From contig NMRA01000073.1 of the NCBI GenBank assembly GCA_002633005.1, positions 582,150 through 646,149 on the forward strand: DNA of 64,000 nucleotides, in the 5' to 3' direction. The translations under genes and the position numbers were made by a program. The DNA comes from Phoronis australis. Its lineage: Eukaryota; Animalia; Phoronida. Below are positions 13,061 to 26,250 of the stretch, one piece after another; the stretch's first letter is position 1; every line of letters begins with the position of its first letter. The notes below the pieces were generated by a model. That model ran no database searches and was not told where the DNA came from. It saw only the letters and a list, made by a program, of their open reading frames with translations.

Positions 13061-13644
13061 CAAGAAGAATGAAGTTTGAGGTTAATTACATTTCAATAAA
13101 GAAACTTGGCTTTATACTGTGCGTCTAGGACCTGTTGTCAAGAGACCCGCACTGAGCAAACAGATCACACAAATAAATACACTAAGGTTGCCTGCAGTCC
13201 GTGCCAACAAGCAATAGAGCGCACTCTCATAAATAACTCCCCCACGTAGAATGCTCAGCATGAAGCCATGGCACTAAGACCAAAAATAGAACACAGCTAT
13301 AGGATTGTTCTGAAACCTCCTCGACCCCCACACCCCTCGACCCACGACCCCCTCGATCTACAAACCTCTCGACCCACGACCCACGACCCACGATCCAATA
13401 CCCCGTCGACCAAGTCTACAAAAGCTCGACTCGATCTGAACATGGAACAAGCGCTGAATTCTAGAACCAATGAGTTGGTCCGTGAACTCGACTGGCTTGT
13501 CCCTGCTTTTTGCAATTAAGGCACTCGATTCGGCAATTTCGAAAGCCAAAAACAGAAAAGAAACAGCGCGAGCAAATCAAATCAAAACCCTGCCAACCTT
13601 ACAAATGTCGTTCTCAGCAGAGTGTAAACGTCTCGTCTGCTCTT

Positions 13645-14228
13645 CAGTGAATTGCTCGCTGGTTCCCTGCGTGCCGCTAGGTGGTAGCCAGCACGCAGGT
13701 ATCACCGAGTTCCTCGGGAAATTTGTTTACATCGGTGTTTCTGATTGGCTCGTCGAATTCTCAACAGGCAGCGCTTTACACAAACAAACTTGCATGACTG
13801 ATGGAGGAAGTGTAAATGTGGTCTCTTGTACAGACAAATCGATGCTTAAAATTTATGTTCAGGAAATGTGTATCCCAGAAATTTTGGTTGCGCCTTTCGG
13901 AGTGCATCCTTCTACTGTCGATGACTTTTGTTTACGATACTGTCCAGCATTCATACAGCATGAATAACACACATGTTAAATCGGCCAGATATGTGCTTAA
14001 TGTACATGTATGTGCTTCAAGCACGCGGCTATTAAACATTACTGCAGAAACGAAATAGTGGCTGCTACGCCAATTGCATGACAAGGCTAAAAATCGTTCA
14101 TAGTCCGCCATTTTTTCACGTTGTTGTAAAGCTAACCAAGGTTACATCAACCAATGCTGAAGCGCGTGCTACTGCGTGATACCTGCGTGATGGCTAGGCA
14201 CGTAGGGAACCAGCACGCAGTGAATTGC
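13645..14228. mobile_element. MITE with ~70-bp imperfect inverted repeats
   Basis: GCTGGTTCCCTGCGTGCC...CACGCAGGTATCAC (13658-13704) is inverted at GTGATACCTGCGTG...GGCACGTAGGGAACCAGC (14176-14214). Confidence 0.6.
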
Positions 14229-17200
14229 AGAGTGCGAAGCATGATGCCTAATCCGTAACACTACGATCGCCGCAATTTGGTCATGTTTACTTTTCATGTT
14301 TCGAACCTAGTTTTCCGGAAAAAAAACTGATATCCTTTCGTCAGACAACTCTTTGGTGCATTGACTTGCTCTTTAACTGTATTTTTCTACGTCTCTGTGT
14401 TTAATTATTGACACATTTTTTAAGCTTTAATATTCAGGTTGGACTCCAAAGACCGGCCAATTAACTCACGCAATGTAAACTTCCGCTTAGTCTTATCGCG
14501 GTGAGCCTCGCTTCGGATTTTAATGTCCGCCGCGTGAATTAGGTCTATATAACGCCATCACTTAACTGGGCGCAACTGTAACCTCTGGTTAGGCACATGT
14601 TTGCGTTCAACGTGTAACCGAAGTCACATTAATTTTACGCTCGCGTTTAACGTGTAGCCGAAGCTATGTACTAACAGCTAACAGCAGGTTTATAAACCTA
14701 CTGTGGCCTTATAAGGCCACAGTAGGTGCTTGTGTAGCTCCCCTAAATAAAGGAAATGGGGAGGGTCGGGTTTGACGACAGTTTTGTGGACTAAATGGGA
14801 AGTGATTGCCACGAATTGCATTCAGTAGTTCCTTGCAGTTGTTTTGAGGAAATTGAGTCCAGAAATTTGGCCTGCGCTGTTGTCTACCAGGATTTCGGAA
14901 GTGCCGCCATTTTGAGATCACATCCTTATTGAGTCTTGATATCTTGTCGCGAATCCAGGTACCACTCAGACAAGTGGAAATTGTCAAAAATCTGGTTGAT
15001 AATGACATATTTAACCTAAATCTTTAGAACCTACAGTAAAAGAGCATTCGGATGATGGTCTCTTTTCTTGCACCAGACCAGTCGTGAATTTGTGGTTTTA
15101 GGTTAAAATAGTGACCAAAAATCGCACCTTTTGGTCATTTTTTGCATCTCGATTTTTTTCACGATGGATGTAACAAGGTAAAAAGACACATCTTTGTTAA
15201 ATTTCTCCATGTCTGAGAAACCCCATAGAGTTTCCTTTCTATCTGTTATAACTTTTTTCAGTTGTCCCAGAGCGCTGTGCAAACAAGAGCTTTGATTAAC
15301 CCAGGGCAAGTCAAAATCAGCCTCCGGTTCTATAGTCTTAGTCCATACGTAACCGGACTTGTCATCGTCTTGCAACCGGTTTTTAGTATTTTTTTACCAG
15401 CAAACTGGGGTTCGGAACAATTTTTCCTTAGGCGAAGTTGTCACTATCTAACGAAAGTTATCAACAGGAAAAACCAAGCTCATGGCGCATGCCCTTGTCA
15501 CGTGCGTATTGTTTTTAAGTCAAAAACGTACCTTTCTTTGCAGTGAAATTGGGATTGTAATGCCGTAAAAGACCGTTGATTAGATTATATTTCTCCCTGA
15601 CCCCAATCTGTTACACTTATTTTTTCTAGAACATTATGATAAAATAAAACCACATGCAGCCCCATCTTTGAAAACGTTTTTTTGTTTGTTTGTTCATCTT
15701 TTGGGGTAGAACTCCTTATTTTGTGTTTCTCTAGCGTCTGTTAAGGCGGTTATAAACTCGCTTCGATAAAAAAAAAAAACGATTTAGACCACTTACCGTT
15801 ATGGAATTATCGTCAAAACGTTCCTATGTCAAAACGCAGGTTTCAGTGACTTCAGAGCTTTAAAGGAACCGAGCTCTAGCTGTGAAATTTCAAGTCACGC
15901 AGTGATTTGAAATTTTGAGAACGCCGTCAGAAGAAATAACTCCAGTTATTTCCTTCAAAGAACAGCATGAAAAGAACAATTCTAAAACGATAAAGGCCTA
16001 AATCAAAACTTGGCTTCTTACGATTTAAAGCCCAGATTTAATAACCCTTTAACTAGCGCTGCTCAGTGGATCCTATTGTAAATCCAGTTACAGAACAGGG
16101 TTGTATTTACGGATACAATCAGGAATATCGACGTCCCATTTATGAAAGTTCAAACACACCGCACTCTTTTTGGTGGTGCCGTCTGGGTAATTGTAGTCAG
16201 TATTGCATGTGAACGTCTGCTTTGAAAACCCAATAACTTGGTAATTTTAAGTGTTAACTTGGGCAATTTATTTGGGGGTAACCATTACCAGAGTAGTACG
16301 TTGTTTCCTGATGTCATGCCTAAACTTTAAAATCACGCAAAGTTATGCCGGGCAAAGTGAGCTTGTGACTAACTGCCGTCACGTGGTTCAATAGAGCCGT
16401 CTACGGTCATTGACATCGCAGATTTTTCGAAAATAAAAGCAAAAAAAACAAAAAAAACAACAACATGCACTTAAGAAAATCGAACATGTTTAATTTATAA
16501 AAAGACTCCGAACAACTGTTGAATTGTTGTCTGAGATAAAATTAGTGTAATTAAAGAGTGTAGTACAGCAAATTCCTTGGTGCAATTCTATTGAACTTTG
16601 GGGATTTCATTCATGCTTCATTGTCTCTTTAATGCACTTATTACGTGTCATGTACCGTACGACTGTCGGTCGACAATTTTCAATGTATTTTAACCCTTTG
16701 GAAAAATCATATTGATTTAATAAATAGAGAATCCTACACTCGTCTCAGATTTATGACGTGGGCAAAAACCTCTGGGAAATTTCGTCAAAATCCTTCGGCG
16801 GATTTGTTTTCTCACATGAACCGTCAAAACGATCGTCCTGCCGAAAAACTCGACGTATCGAATACTTTCGACCACACGGCGCAACTTTAGTAAAACACAC
16901 TTGCGCAAAGTAAAGTAATTCAGTTACTTTTTGTTAATAGTTTTATTTTAAGCTTAACAATAGTAAATTACATTCAGCTTTCGTAACACATATTCAAGTT
17001 AGAATCTAATAAATAGTCTTTGAAGTTGTAATATTAAAACTTTAAATTTTTATAAATAACAGTCAGCAAGGCTTCCCCGCGCCTGAGCACTGAATTGTCC
17101 TTGAGGCAGCACAGGTAGACAGTCTCTCTGAATTAGGGGATCGTCTCCGTTTGAATGAACGTGGATATGGAATTCGCCTCCGAAGATTGCTCCGGATATA

Positions 17201-20129
17201 ATGGTAACTGCGCTTTCCGGGCTGAATTTTATAGTCTTATATATTTGTGTATGTCTTAATAAAATGGTAACTGTTAAAAAAGACGGTTCCGTCGGACTGA
17301 TAGTACGTACAGTTGCGACACCCGATTTGTCAATCATAACTTTGTCACCTCGGAACTCCGGCATTGTTTGGTTGTCGCGCGTTTGGTTGTTTTGCAGCCG
17401 ATAAAATGTAAGGCCTATGGATTTTTACTTTGCACTACTTTATGATTGGCCCATGTAATATCAAGGAAATTACGTACTCAGAGGTATTATCCAGTCGTAT
17501 CGTAACACATTCCAGGTCATGTGAGAAATTCGAATTATGCGTTTTGTTGCGTGAGACATTTTTACAGCGGACGAACACATTAGTGTACCCTCCAGCTTTG
17601 CACAGCAGGTCTCGTGCAGAATGAGTGCGTGGAAGTTCACGTGCAAACTTTCCTGGTCAGCTATAGTCGCACTCTGATCCAAATAGATGAACGTTACGCC
17701 GTTAAAGTCCTTATTTTAAAATGCCAATGTGGCTCCAGTATCCGAAAATTTTTTACAAATAAAATCTTATTTTCGATACCCTTTCGTTATATTCTTTTCG
17801 CCTTTCGTGCCACAAGCGTTTTTTTTACCTGTATTTGACCCTTCTCTGTGAGCAGAAAATTACCGGCTGTCATCGGTTATTTCCGTACTCACATTTCCTG
17901 TGCTCGTCAGTTCAGGAACTTGTACTGAACGCCGCCATTTTTTCCTTGTAACTTAATGTGCTATCGCTTGCTCGAAAAGTCTTCAATATTTTGTTTTATT
18001 AGTAATATCTAGTGATTCGTTTGTATATATAGTGTATTTATAGTTCGTAGTTAGAGGTCGTTTTTTTTGGAATGTTACGCGTACTTTTGTTTATTATGCT
18101 AAAATAACATTGGTGTTTAGTTCCTGTTATGTTGGGCGGTCGAACCAATTTTTTATCGTTTTGATTTTTTTTCGTTTTGAAAAAGTACTTTGCTATCATC
18201 AGAAAGATAATGCATCCTACACAGCAAAAATCGAAAAAGTAGCAAAATCGGGGCAAGCAGTGCAAAGTTACTGCAATTTTTGTGGAGAAATTTGGGTCAA
18301 TTTGTTTGGATCGGTCGGCCATCTTGGGGATAACGAGTGTAAAACTTCGTATAAATTGTTTTCGCCAACAATTTACGTGAAATTTAGTGAGACATATCTT
18401 AACTTACTATTCTGCACAATTCAACAATTTTCACCAACTTTCAGCCTCGCAGTTGTTACTTATTAAGTGATAAATGTGCTCACAATTCCCGTTGGACTTG
18501 GTCTCATTTCTGCCGGCACTGACAACATGGCAACTTTTGCTAAATTGAAGGGAATGTTCAACCGGATACTTTGTAATTTTTGAACATTTAACGATGATAT
18601 ATTTGACAAACGTTGCTACAAAAAGAAACTAGCATCTTCAGGCAACATTTCTTGATGCTTTAAGTTTACTATTAATACATAAATTTAAAATAACATCATA
18701 CAGTTGAAAACTAAGTTCAATATAAGTTTTTCATTTCATGGGTTTTTGCAATTCTGTCATTGAGATTGCAACCTCCACTCAAATTACAATTATCGATGTG
18801 GTTCAGTTGTAAGGTCACTTCCTTCGTACTCACTGTTTGATAAATAAAAAATAACAACGTTTTGTATTGGACTTATCATACTTATGTGCTCGAACGAGCC
18901 CCCTATTTGGAGAAAGGGATAGGTCTGCTTCAGTCAGAGAAGCAAGAACTCCGAAAAAATAGAAAACGAGACAAAAGTCCACTAGAAAGCAGGAAGTACC
19001 AAAATTTGGCGTCTGCAATTTATAGCTCTGAACACACCCAGTGAATTTTATAGTAAAAGATACACATTCTCAAAAATTCGAGCCCCCATTTTTTAGGCTT
19101 GATGCGCTCATGCAAAGTCTGGGCAAATCTCTCTTGAAAGCCAACAACTTTGCACAGTTCGCCAGAAGACCCCAAGTTCTAAATAATCCTCGTTTGAGCG
19201 AGCGCTGTGGCCAGGTAGGCCTAAGGCGCAAAGGTGTATATTAACGAGCTGTAATATGACGATAGTCGATCTTCATATTGGTAGCTGACAGGGCTGCCGC
19301 GGCAGTGTGACACAGGACTAACCAGCCCGTAATTGTATGCAAGTGTATGAAACTACCTTTGTATGCATACGGCACTTATGATTTGAACATTTTACTTCGA
19401 CAAAACAGCTTGCAACCGCATGCCTTTACCGTTCGCCAGTGTCTGGTCTCGGTTCTCAAGGGGTCCGATCGGCTGCGAGCCCCGAGTCCGGCAAAATAAT
19501 TTCTGTCAAAATTTATTCGCCACTTTTCGTCAATTATCCGTATTTTGATTTTATTAACGATAAGGTGCGCTGTCGATTATTTTATCCCCGTTTGCATGCC
19601 GGTAACAGACACTGCGGTCGCACATACGGCGTATCGACTAAGCCTGGGTTCCTGAATGAATTGTACTTCCGGTTCGTGGTAAGATCAAAATGGCGGTGTG
19701 TTCTTCAAGCGCGCGTTCACTAGCTAAAACCTAGTCAAAGTCACGTGTTCTCATTTAAAATGCACGGCAATATCTCATGTAATCTCGGGAAGTCTTGCTT
19801 TTTAGCGAGGTCCTAGCGTCACTGAACGGGAGGCAGGTCTTAATCGTGAGTGGCGCGTTTATTCAAACTTTATTCGATTGCGGATTGTGTATTAGTTATG
19901 GGGTAGGCACTTCTTGGATCCTTATAACATCCTCTAACCATGTAATAAGAGCTAACAAGGTGTGCTTCTTGGACTTTAAATTACGCCGCAAATTATTACT
20001 TTACGCTGCAAATAATTACTTTACGCCGCAAATAACTAATTTACGCAACTAATAAGAATTAATTTGCGCACGTAATTTCACGACAACACTTTCCCCCCAA
20101 TGGCCCATTATAGTGTCCCCTCTATCGTC

Positions 20130-21906
20130 GGCATTCCTGTCCTGCTGGTGGACGAAAGGTGTGTCGTCCTGTTTTCGGTGCTTCGGAAGTCCGTCTGCCG
20201 TTTCTCTTAGAAAAGGTGCCTTGTACAATTTTTCCTTCAATTGGTAGGAACTTGGCTCAAGAATTCTCTGATGTGCATCAGCCAAATGATTTTAACCTAT
20301 TTCCCTTCAAAGCGTTAAGTTTTGTGAAATCAATAAGGATTTCACAGCTTACTAAACTTAACGTAAACCAGTCGACTGGCATGGACGAGATTCCATCTAA
20401 ATTACTGAAATTCACGGGACCGTTGACCTGTAAATCACATTTATTTTCAACAAATCGTTGGAAACTCAGTCCACACTAGCCGCATTGAAGGAGGCCAAAT
20501 ATTTTTAAGGAAGGCGATAGAAATATTGTAAACAATTATTGTCCAATCTCAGTACTCTTATTTAAAGTGAAACAATCTTTTATGCGATGAACAGCAGGGT
20601 TTTCGCCCCGAGCACTCTACAGCTACTCCTCTTCTTGATATATCTAAGAACTTACTTGACAATATGGACAATGGTAAAGTTACTTACTAGTGAAATCTTT
20701 CTTGACCTGAAGAAAGCTTTCGATACTTTTAACCACAATAGATTGCCGTTAAAACTTTCAAGCTGTGGTGTAGGCGACGCCGAACTCGATTGGTTCAGTA
20801 ATTATTTAAGTAATCGGAATCGAGTCATCATTGTGAATGGAGCGTTATCAACACCACTTGACGTGACCTGTGGTGTCCCCCAGGGGTCCATACTGGGCCC
20901 ATTGTTATTTTGTGTATGATTTACCCACGTCAGTGAAACAATGACACGGAATGTTGATAAAACCAATGTTATGACTATTGGTAGCAGACTGAGGGTGGCT
21001 GTGTTGCCATTATTATTAACGGCTCCCAGCTGGCAAGAATTGAGAAATATAAATATCTGGGTGTTATGATTGGTAATAATTTATCATGGGACGAGCATAT
21101 AGAGTATGTGTGCATAAAACTTTCTCAGCGAATTGGGCTTTTGCACACAGTCAGGAGCTATGTCGATCAGGCTACTCTTCAGACTCTGTACAGGAGTCTG
21201 ATTGTACCACACTTTGATTACTGTGATGTTGTATGGGGTAATTGTGCATCATACCTTCACGATATACCTCAAAAATTGCAAAACCAGGCTGGGAGGCTGA
21301 TACTCAACTATATTGGCCTTCATAGCGACTTTACTATATCTGACCTCCTCGATAAACTTTGTTAGTACAGCCTGTTTAGCAGGCGTGCCTTTTATTTAAA
21401 CTTTATGGTGTACAAAGCCACACATAGCGTCGCACCTAGTGACCTTACTGCTAAATTTAAGGCAGTCAGAGATTCTCACAATTACAATAATAGAGTGAGT
21501 GTTTCTGGCTGCCTGGTACCACATAAACCTGAAAACAACTTTGGAAAAAGAATTTTTGCCTACAGAAGTGCTGTCACTTACAACGGATTGGGGACTGCCG
21601 TCTCGAACGCGCCCGGTGTCCACGTCTTCAAACAGAATTACTGGGACTTTGTGCGTGGTTCGGGACTGTAGGCCTCAGATCATCATTATTTTATCATTAT
21701 TTTACTCTATTTTATCTTATTTATTCATCTTATTGTTCAACTATTTTATACTAATTGATGTTATTTATTAATCTTTTCAATGTAATTGTACATAGCTGTC
21801 TGTATTTTACTTCGTGTAATTAATTCCGACTGGGCCCACTTCAAAATCAGTGTATTCTAGAAGTGATCACCCAGTCTTTTAAAGAAGCCTAAATAAATAA
21901 ATGAAT
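20130..21906 (+). mobile_element. Degenerate 5'-truncated L2/CR1-group LINE with an internal deletion
   Basis: STGMDEIPSKLLK, IFLDLKKAFDTFNH, GVPQGSILGPLLF, YKYLGV-MIGNNLSWDEHI, LYRSLIVPHFDYCDVVWG; the YADD region is missing; (TAAA)n-like tail at ~21890-21906. Confidence 0.88.
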
Positions 21907-22885
21907 ATTGTTCCTGTTTCAATTATACGCCTTGTTTATGATGCGTTTGAAACGTGCGGTCACTAATTATTGACAAGGTGCCCGAAGTCGTATACCAAAA
22001 ATTGCGGGTTTCTAGTGTGCTAATTCCCACCCCCTTTTGCGGAGTAGATTTGTTCTGCCTCACCCCCACTTGAGGGGTTGAAGCCAATGCTGTGGGCCTG
22101 ATGAGTGGACGGAATGTGTATCTAGGGACCAATTGGACCCCGCACCGGTCACACAAAACTTATTGAAAAAGTACCGCCTACCCGCAATTTTCGGTACACG
22201 CATGCGCAACTGCACTGTTATTTTTAATACCAGCCAGACCCAGTGAAGCCGAAGGTAAGTGGAGTCGAACACAGCTTTGGGTATTGTAAGTGGTACACAA
22301 CAATGCATATATCTGAGGTATTGCCCTGTTACATGCGTGCACCCAGTCTAAAATTGGGGTCTCGAATTTTTGAAATGTGGACCTTCTATTAAGATTTACG
22401 GGGTACATTCAGAGCCATGAATTGTGCATTCAAAGTTTGGTAGCTCCTGCCTTTTCAGTGGCCTTTGTCTCGTTTTTTACTATTTTCGTAGTTTTTGTTT
22501 CTCTGAGGCGGACCTTCTTGTCCTACTTCGCCAAATGAGGGTCTCTTTTGAGCCCCCCCCTAGCGCCCCTAGATGCGCGCATGTGTTATAGCTACTTGTA
22601 CCACAGCAATACGGAAAACACCTGGTTGAAAAAATACAGTTAAATCATTAGCCAAAACTCGTAAGCTTTTGATCGAAGCACAGACTGGATAAATGTAAAA
22701 TGCAGTGCGGGACTATCTACCCACTTTAAAAACTGACAGCAGCTTAGGTGATTAGAACAAATCCCATTTCTCAAGAGACTGCATTGGACACGTATAACAG
22801 CAAGCGATAGGCCAAAACAAAAGTTATAATTGATGTAAAACCTTTCCCAAAATTAGCACCAGCTAGTCGCCACAAAGAATCTTAC

Positions 22886-23068
22886 CAGTACAGTGTGGTA
22901 CAGTAACGTTCCATGTTCCTTGTGTGAGACACTTAGTTTGCTTCTTCAATGTTCCATCAGGGAAAGCAAAGCCTCTTTGACACGTATGTGTAACTATCAT
23001 TCCCTGTTTTACTTCATGCACCGAGTCAGATACGCTATTGAGAACCTGCTGCAGTATACAACTTCCAG
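22886..23068 (-). CDS. Sushi/CCP domain exon
   Basis: TTTACAG|CT...ACT G|GTAAGA, phase 1-1; encodes GSCILQQVLNS...HTCQRGFAFPDG...KCLTQGTWNVTVPHCT. Confidence 0.85.
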
Positions 23069-23199
23069 CTGTAAAATGTGCATGATATAGNAGAAGTATC
23101 AAAAACTACAGGAAGTACTGTGGAATTCAATACAGCAGGGTGAAAAATACAACATCACTGTGACTTTCATCGTGGAAAGCAGGCGACTTTATCATGAAA

Positions 23200-23337
23200 A
23201 CAATTACGTGTTTCAGCAAGATGGGGCTCCTTCACACAGGCTTATCTGAAGCAGACCACACCCAAATTCATCAAAAAGGATGAGCTGCCTGCGCTCAGTC
23301 CTGACTGCAATCCAATGGACTATGGCATATGGGACTT
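23200..23337 (+). mobile_element. Tc1/mariner transposase fragment
   Basis: VFQQDGAPSHT...PKFIKKDELPALSPDCNPMDYGIWD (QDGAP-H and SPDLNPxD/E motifs). Confidence 0.8.
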
Positions 23338-23837
23338 CCTGTTATTTTTTGAAAGGTGTTTTTAATTGACAAAACTAGCACAATTGGACACAGATCTCTT
23401 TGATATTTTGTTGATGATATCCTAAACCTTACCGGTAAGAAAGTGGCTGGGACACCTAATATACTATATAGCGTGTTCGTAATTTCGAATATCGAATAAC
23501 ATCACACCCGTTTACAACTTACTGACGTGAAAGGGGCCTAATGATTTAGCGTCCATCCATACCCAATCATTTTCCGATTTTCCAACTGTAGCAACGCACC
23601 TACAAAATATAGGCACAGTAGTGAACAAACGCGTATTGCGTGAAAGTGCTCATTAGTGAGCTTCGAATACCGCAGTGATGTGACCGTTGTGCCCTTTTAT
23701 GCATACAAGGAAACGCCATACAGGTATCGGACAATTGAAAATCGTCCTGTTTCCAGCAGAAAAAGTGCTCAGTACTATCACGCGCAAATGCACGGTGGCT
23801 GTAAAAGGACATCACGGCAACTTTTTTCCTCCGATGC

Positions 23838-24457
23838 TAACTCTATCGATAGACTTATTAACTTAGACTTACCATCTCTATCGATAGTCTTATTAACTCT
23901 GTCGATAGACTTAATATCTCTATCGATAGGCTTATTAGCACTATCAATAGACTTGCTATGTCTATAGATAGACTCTATCGATAGACTTACTATCTCTATC
24001 AATATACTTACTATCTCTATCTATAGACTTACCACCTCTATCGATAGACTTATTAACTCTATCGATAGACTTAGTATCTCTATCGATAGACTTACCATCT
24101 CTATCGATAGACTTAGTATCTGTCGATAGACTTACTAACTCTATCAATAGACTTATTTATTATTTACTCTATCGATAGACTAATTAACGCTGTCGATAGA
24201 CTTACTATCTCTATCGATAGACTTAGCAACTCTATCGATATACTTATTAACTCTATCGATAGATTTTCTATCTCTATCGATAGACTTACTATCTCTATCG
24301 ATAGACTTACCACCTCTATCAATAGACTTATTAACTCTATCGATAGACTTAGTATCTCTATCGATAGACTTACTATCTCTATGGATAGATTTACTATCTC
24401 TGTCGATAGGCTTACTATCTCTATCGATAGACTTATTAACTTACTAACTCTATCGAT
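23838..24457 (+). repeat. 21-bp tandem array (left arm), unit ~CTCTATCGATAGACTTAYTAW
   Basis: About 28 units, each containing the palindrome TCTATCGATAGA. Confidence 0.95.
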
Positions 24458-25663
24458 GTGGTTGGGACTAATGCGATGTTCCATGACCCACAACACAGGC
24501 AGAGCAACAGGTGCAATGGTTATTTAAATAGTTAAATGGTCTTGCATGAATACCATGATGTTCATATCTGTCATACCGCCAACAGGAGGTTGCTACGAAA
24601 TAATAATCACTGGTCACTGGTCTCGGCATACAATACAGATGTAGACACGGCTAACTCATTTTGGCTTATCAGCCATTATCTCGGGGCTCAAAGACCCTAT
24701 ATTTGGTCAGTGAGGTGCCGCTGGACCTCGAAATTGGCGACCATTTTTATACCTTGCATTTCCATGGTTTAAAAGTTCGTTCTAGATTATCAGTATCTGT
24801 ATCAACAAGGTACGCCTGAGCTAGTTTTCAGAGTCTGTCATTGCTAATTCGTTTGCCATATTGTCTAAAATCATGGTTCTTAGAGCACTGCACTGTTGAT
24901 TTCAAGTTTGACAGTATGTTGGCTTTTTCTGTGGCTCAGGAACTCGTAGGCACCGAACAGATTGTTGAACTGTTGAAATTGTTTTGTATTTGAGTAGACA
25001 AACGTTTGTAATAAAAAAGTTGATTTGCTGTGTTGCGTATTGTTTAGTTCAATATTGAGTTCTGCGATAACTGTAAGCAAGATAGGTATGAGATGGATTC
25101 AGTTTCAACAAAATTTGAATTGGCATAATTTATGATTTCTTGTGTTATACATGCGTATACAAATGATGATGCGGTAAATATAAGCAAGTTACACGTAAGT
25201 TTGAGATGGTTCTTAAGAGTCCACGATTCGTTACTTTCAGAAGGTTAGACCTATCGACAATAGCTTCCATTTTTGAAGGTGTGCTGACCATGGCGTCGAA
25301 GTGCCATGTTTTAACCGCCTGTTTATCACAGATGCAATCAGGCTGTGTATAGTTGCCAGTACGACAGTATTGATTATCATTATGTATGAGACTTGTTATT
25401 ATTGAGTGATATGATGTTACTGTATATAATATTTTTATTTTTTTTCAAAATAAATATTCAATAAATACTATTGACGCTTCATTGCAAACATTCACATCTG
25501 GTATCAAAATTGGATATATACATAAAAAGTGTAGCATTGGGACTAACTGTTTGAATTCGTCATGAGCAATTATTTATTATATGACCTCAAGGGAGAACGG
25601 GATAAAGCACAATGAATAAGTGACAAAAGACAAATTAAAATTAAATTAAAGGGCTCTGATGAT

Positions 25664-25930
25664 TCAAACTCGTTGAGAGAAGGGCCCAGACGGATCAATG
25701 ACAGATAACACTTTCCAAATTGTGCCTCGCGGTACAGTTACACCATTTGCTACGCACTTGATGCATAAATGAATAACCGTGCATCTGACCTGAACCCGCA
25801 AAAAGTTCTTCAACAAAATGAACCATTTCATCAAAATCAGACATATTTTTACGGCGCAGAAGTCCGTAAGTCGCCAAAAACACGTCACAATTGCCTTGTG
25901 CTTAGTGACGCTCCAAAATGACGCATAGGT
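25664..25930 (-). pseudogene. Frameshifted N-terminal fragment of an IS3EU/integrase-core-type transposase
   Basis: Merged frames read SLSTRQL..LATYGLLRRKNMSDFDEMVHFVEELFAGSGQMHGYSFMH..KCVANGVTVPRGTIWKVLSVIDPSG, resembling the SGxLHGYRWMHxKC...DPEG pattern recalled for this family. Confidence 0.65.
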
Positions 25931-26037
25931 ACCGTTGTTATTTTATTTTGAGTCTGTCATAGCTTGAATAAGTCGACCAGATGCTTGTTTCGGTCCTCTA
26001 TTTTAATTTGAAACCAAAGTAGCAACCTCGACATCAT

Positions 26038-26250
26038 AACTCTATCAATAGAGCCTATAAGTCTATCGATAGAGTTAACAAGTCTATCGATAGAGTAAAT
26101 AATAAATAAGTCTATCGATAGAGTTAGTAAGTCTATCGATAGAGTTAGTAATTCTAACGAAAGAGTTAAGAAGTCTATCGATAGAGTTAGTAAGTCTATC
26201 GATAGAGATACTAAGTCTATCGATAGTGTTAATAAGTCTATCGATCGAGT
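26038..26250 (-). repeat. 21-bp array, inner part of the right arm
   Basis: AAGTCTATCGATAGAGTTAGT units, the reverse complement of the left array; ends exactly at the RTE 5' end. Confidence 0.92.

Noticed and set aside
23838-24457. CRISPR-like repeat-spacer array
   Set aside because: Spacers are only ~7 nt and reused, there are no cas genes, and the context is eukaryotic; better explained as a transposon arm.
23778-24496. Leucine-zipper-like ORFs (LSIDLL/SIDR heptads), also at 25957-26374 and 32495-32990
   Set aside because: Translation artefacts of the 21-bp repeat.
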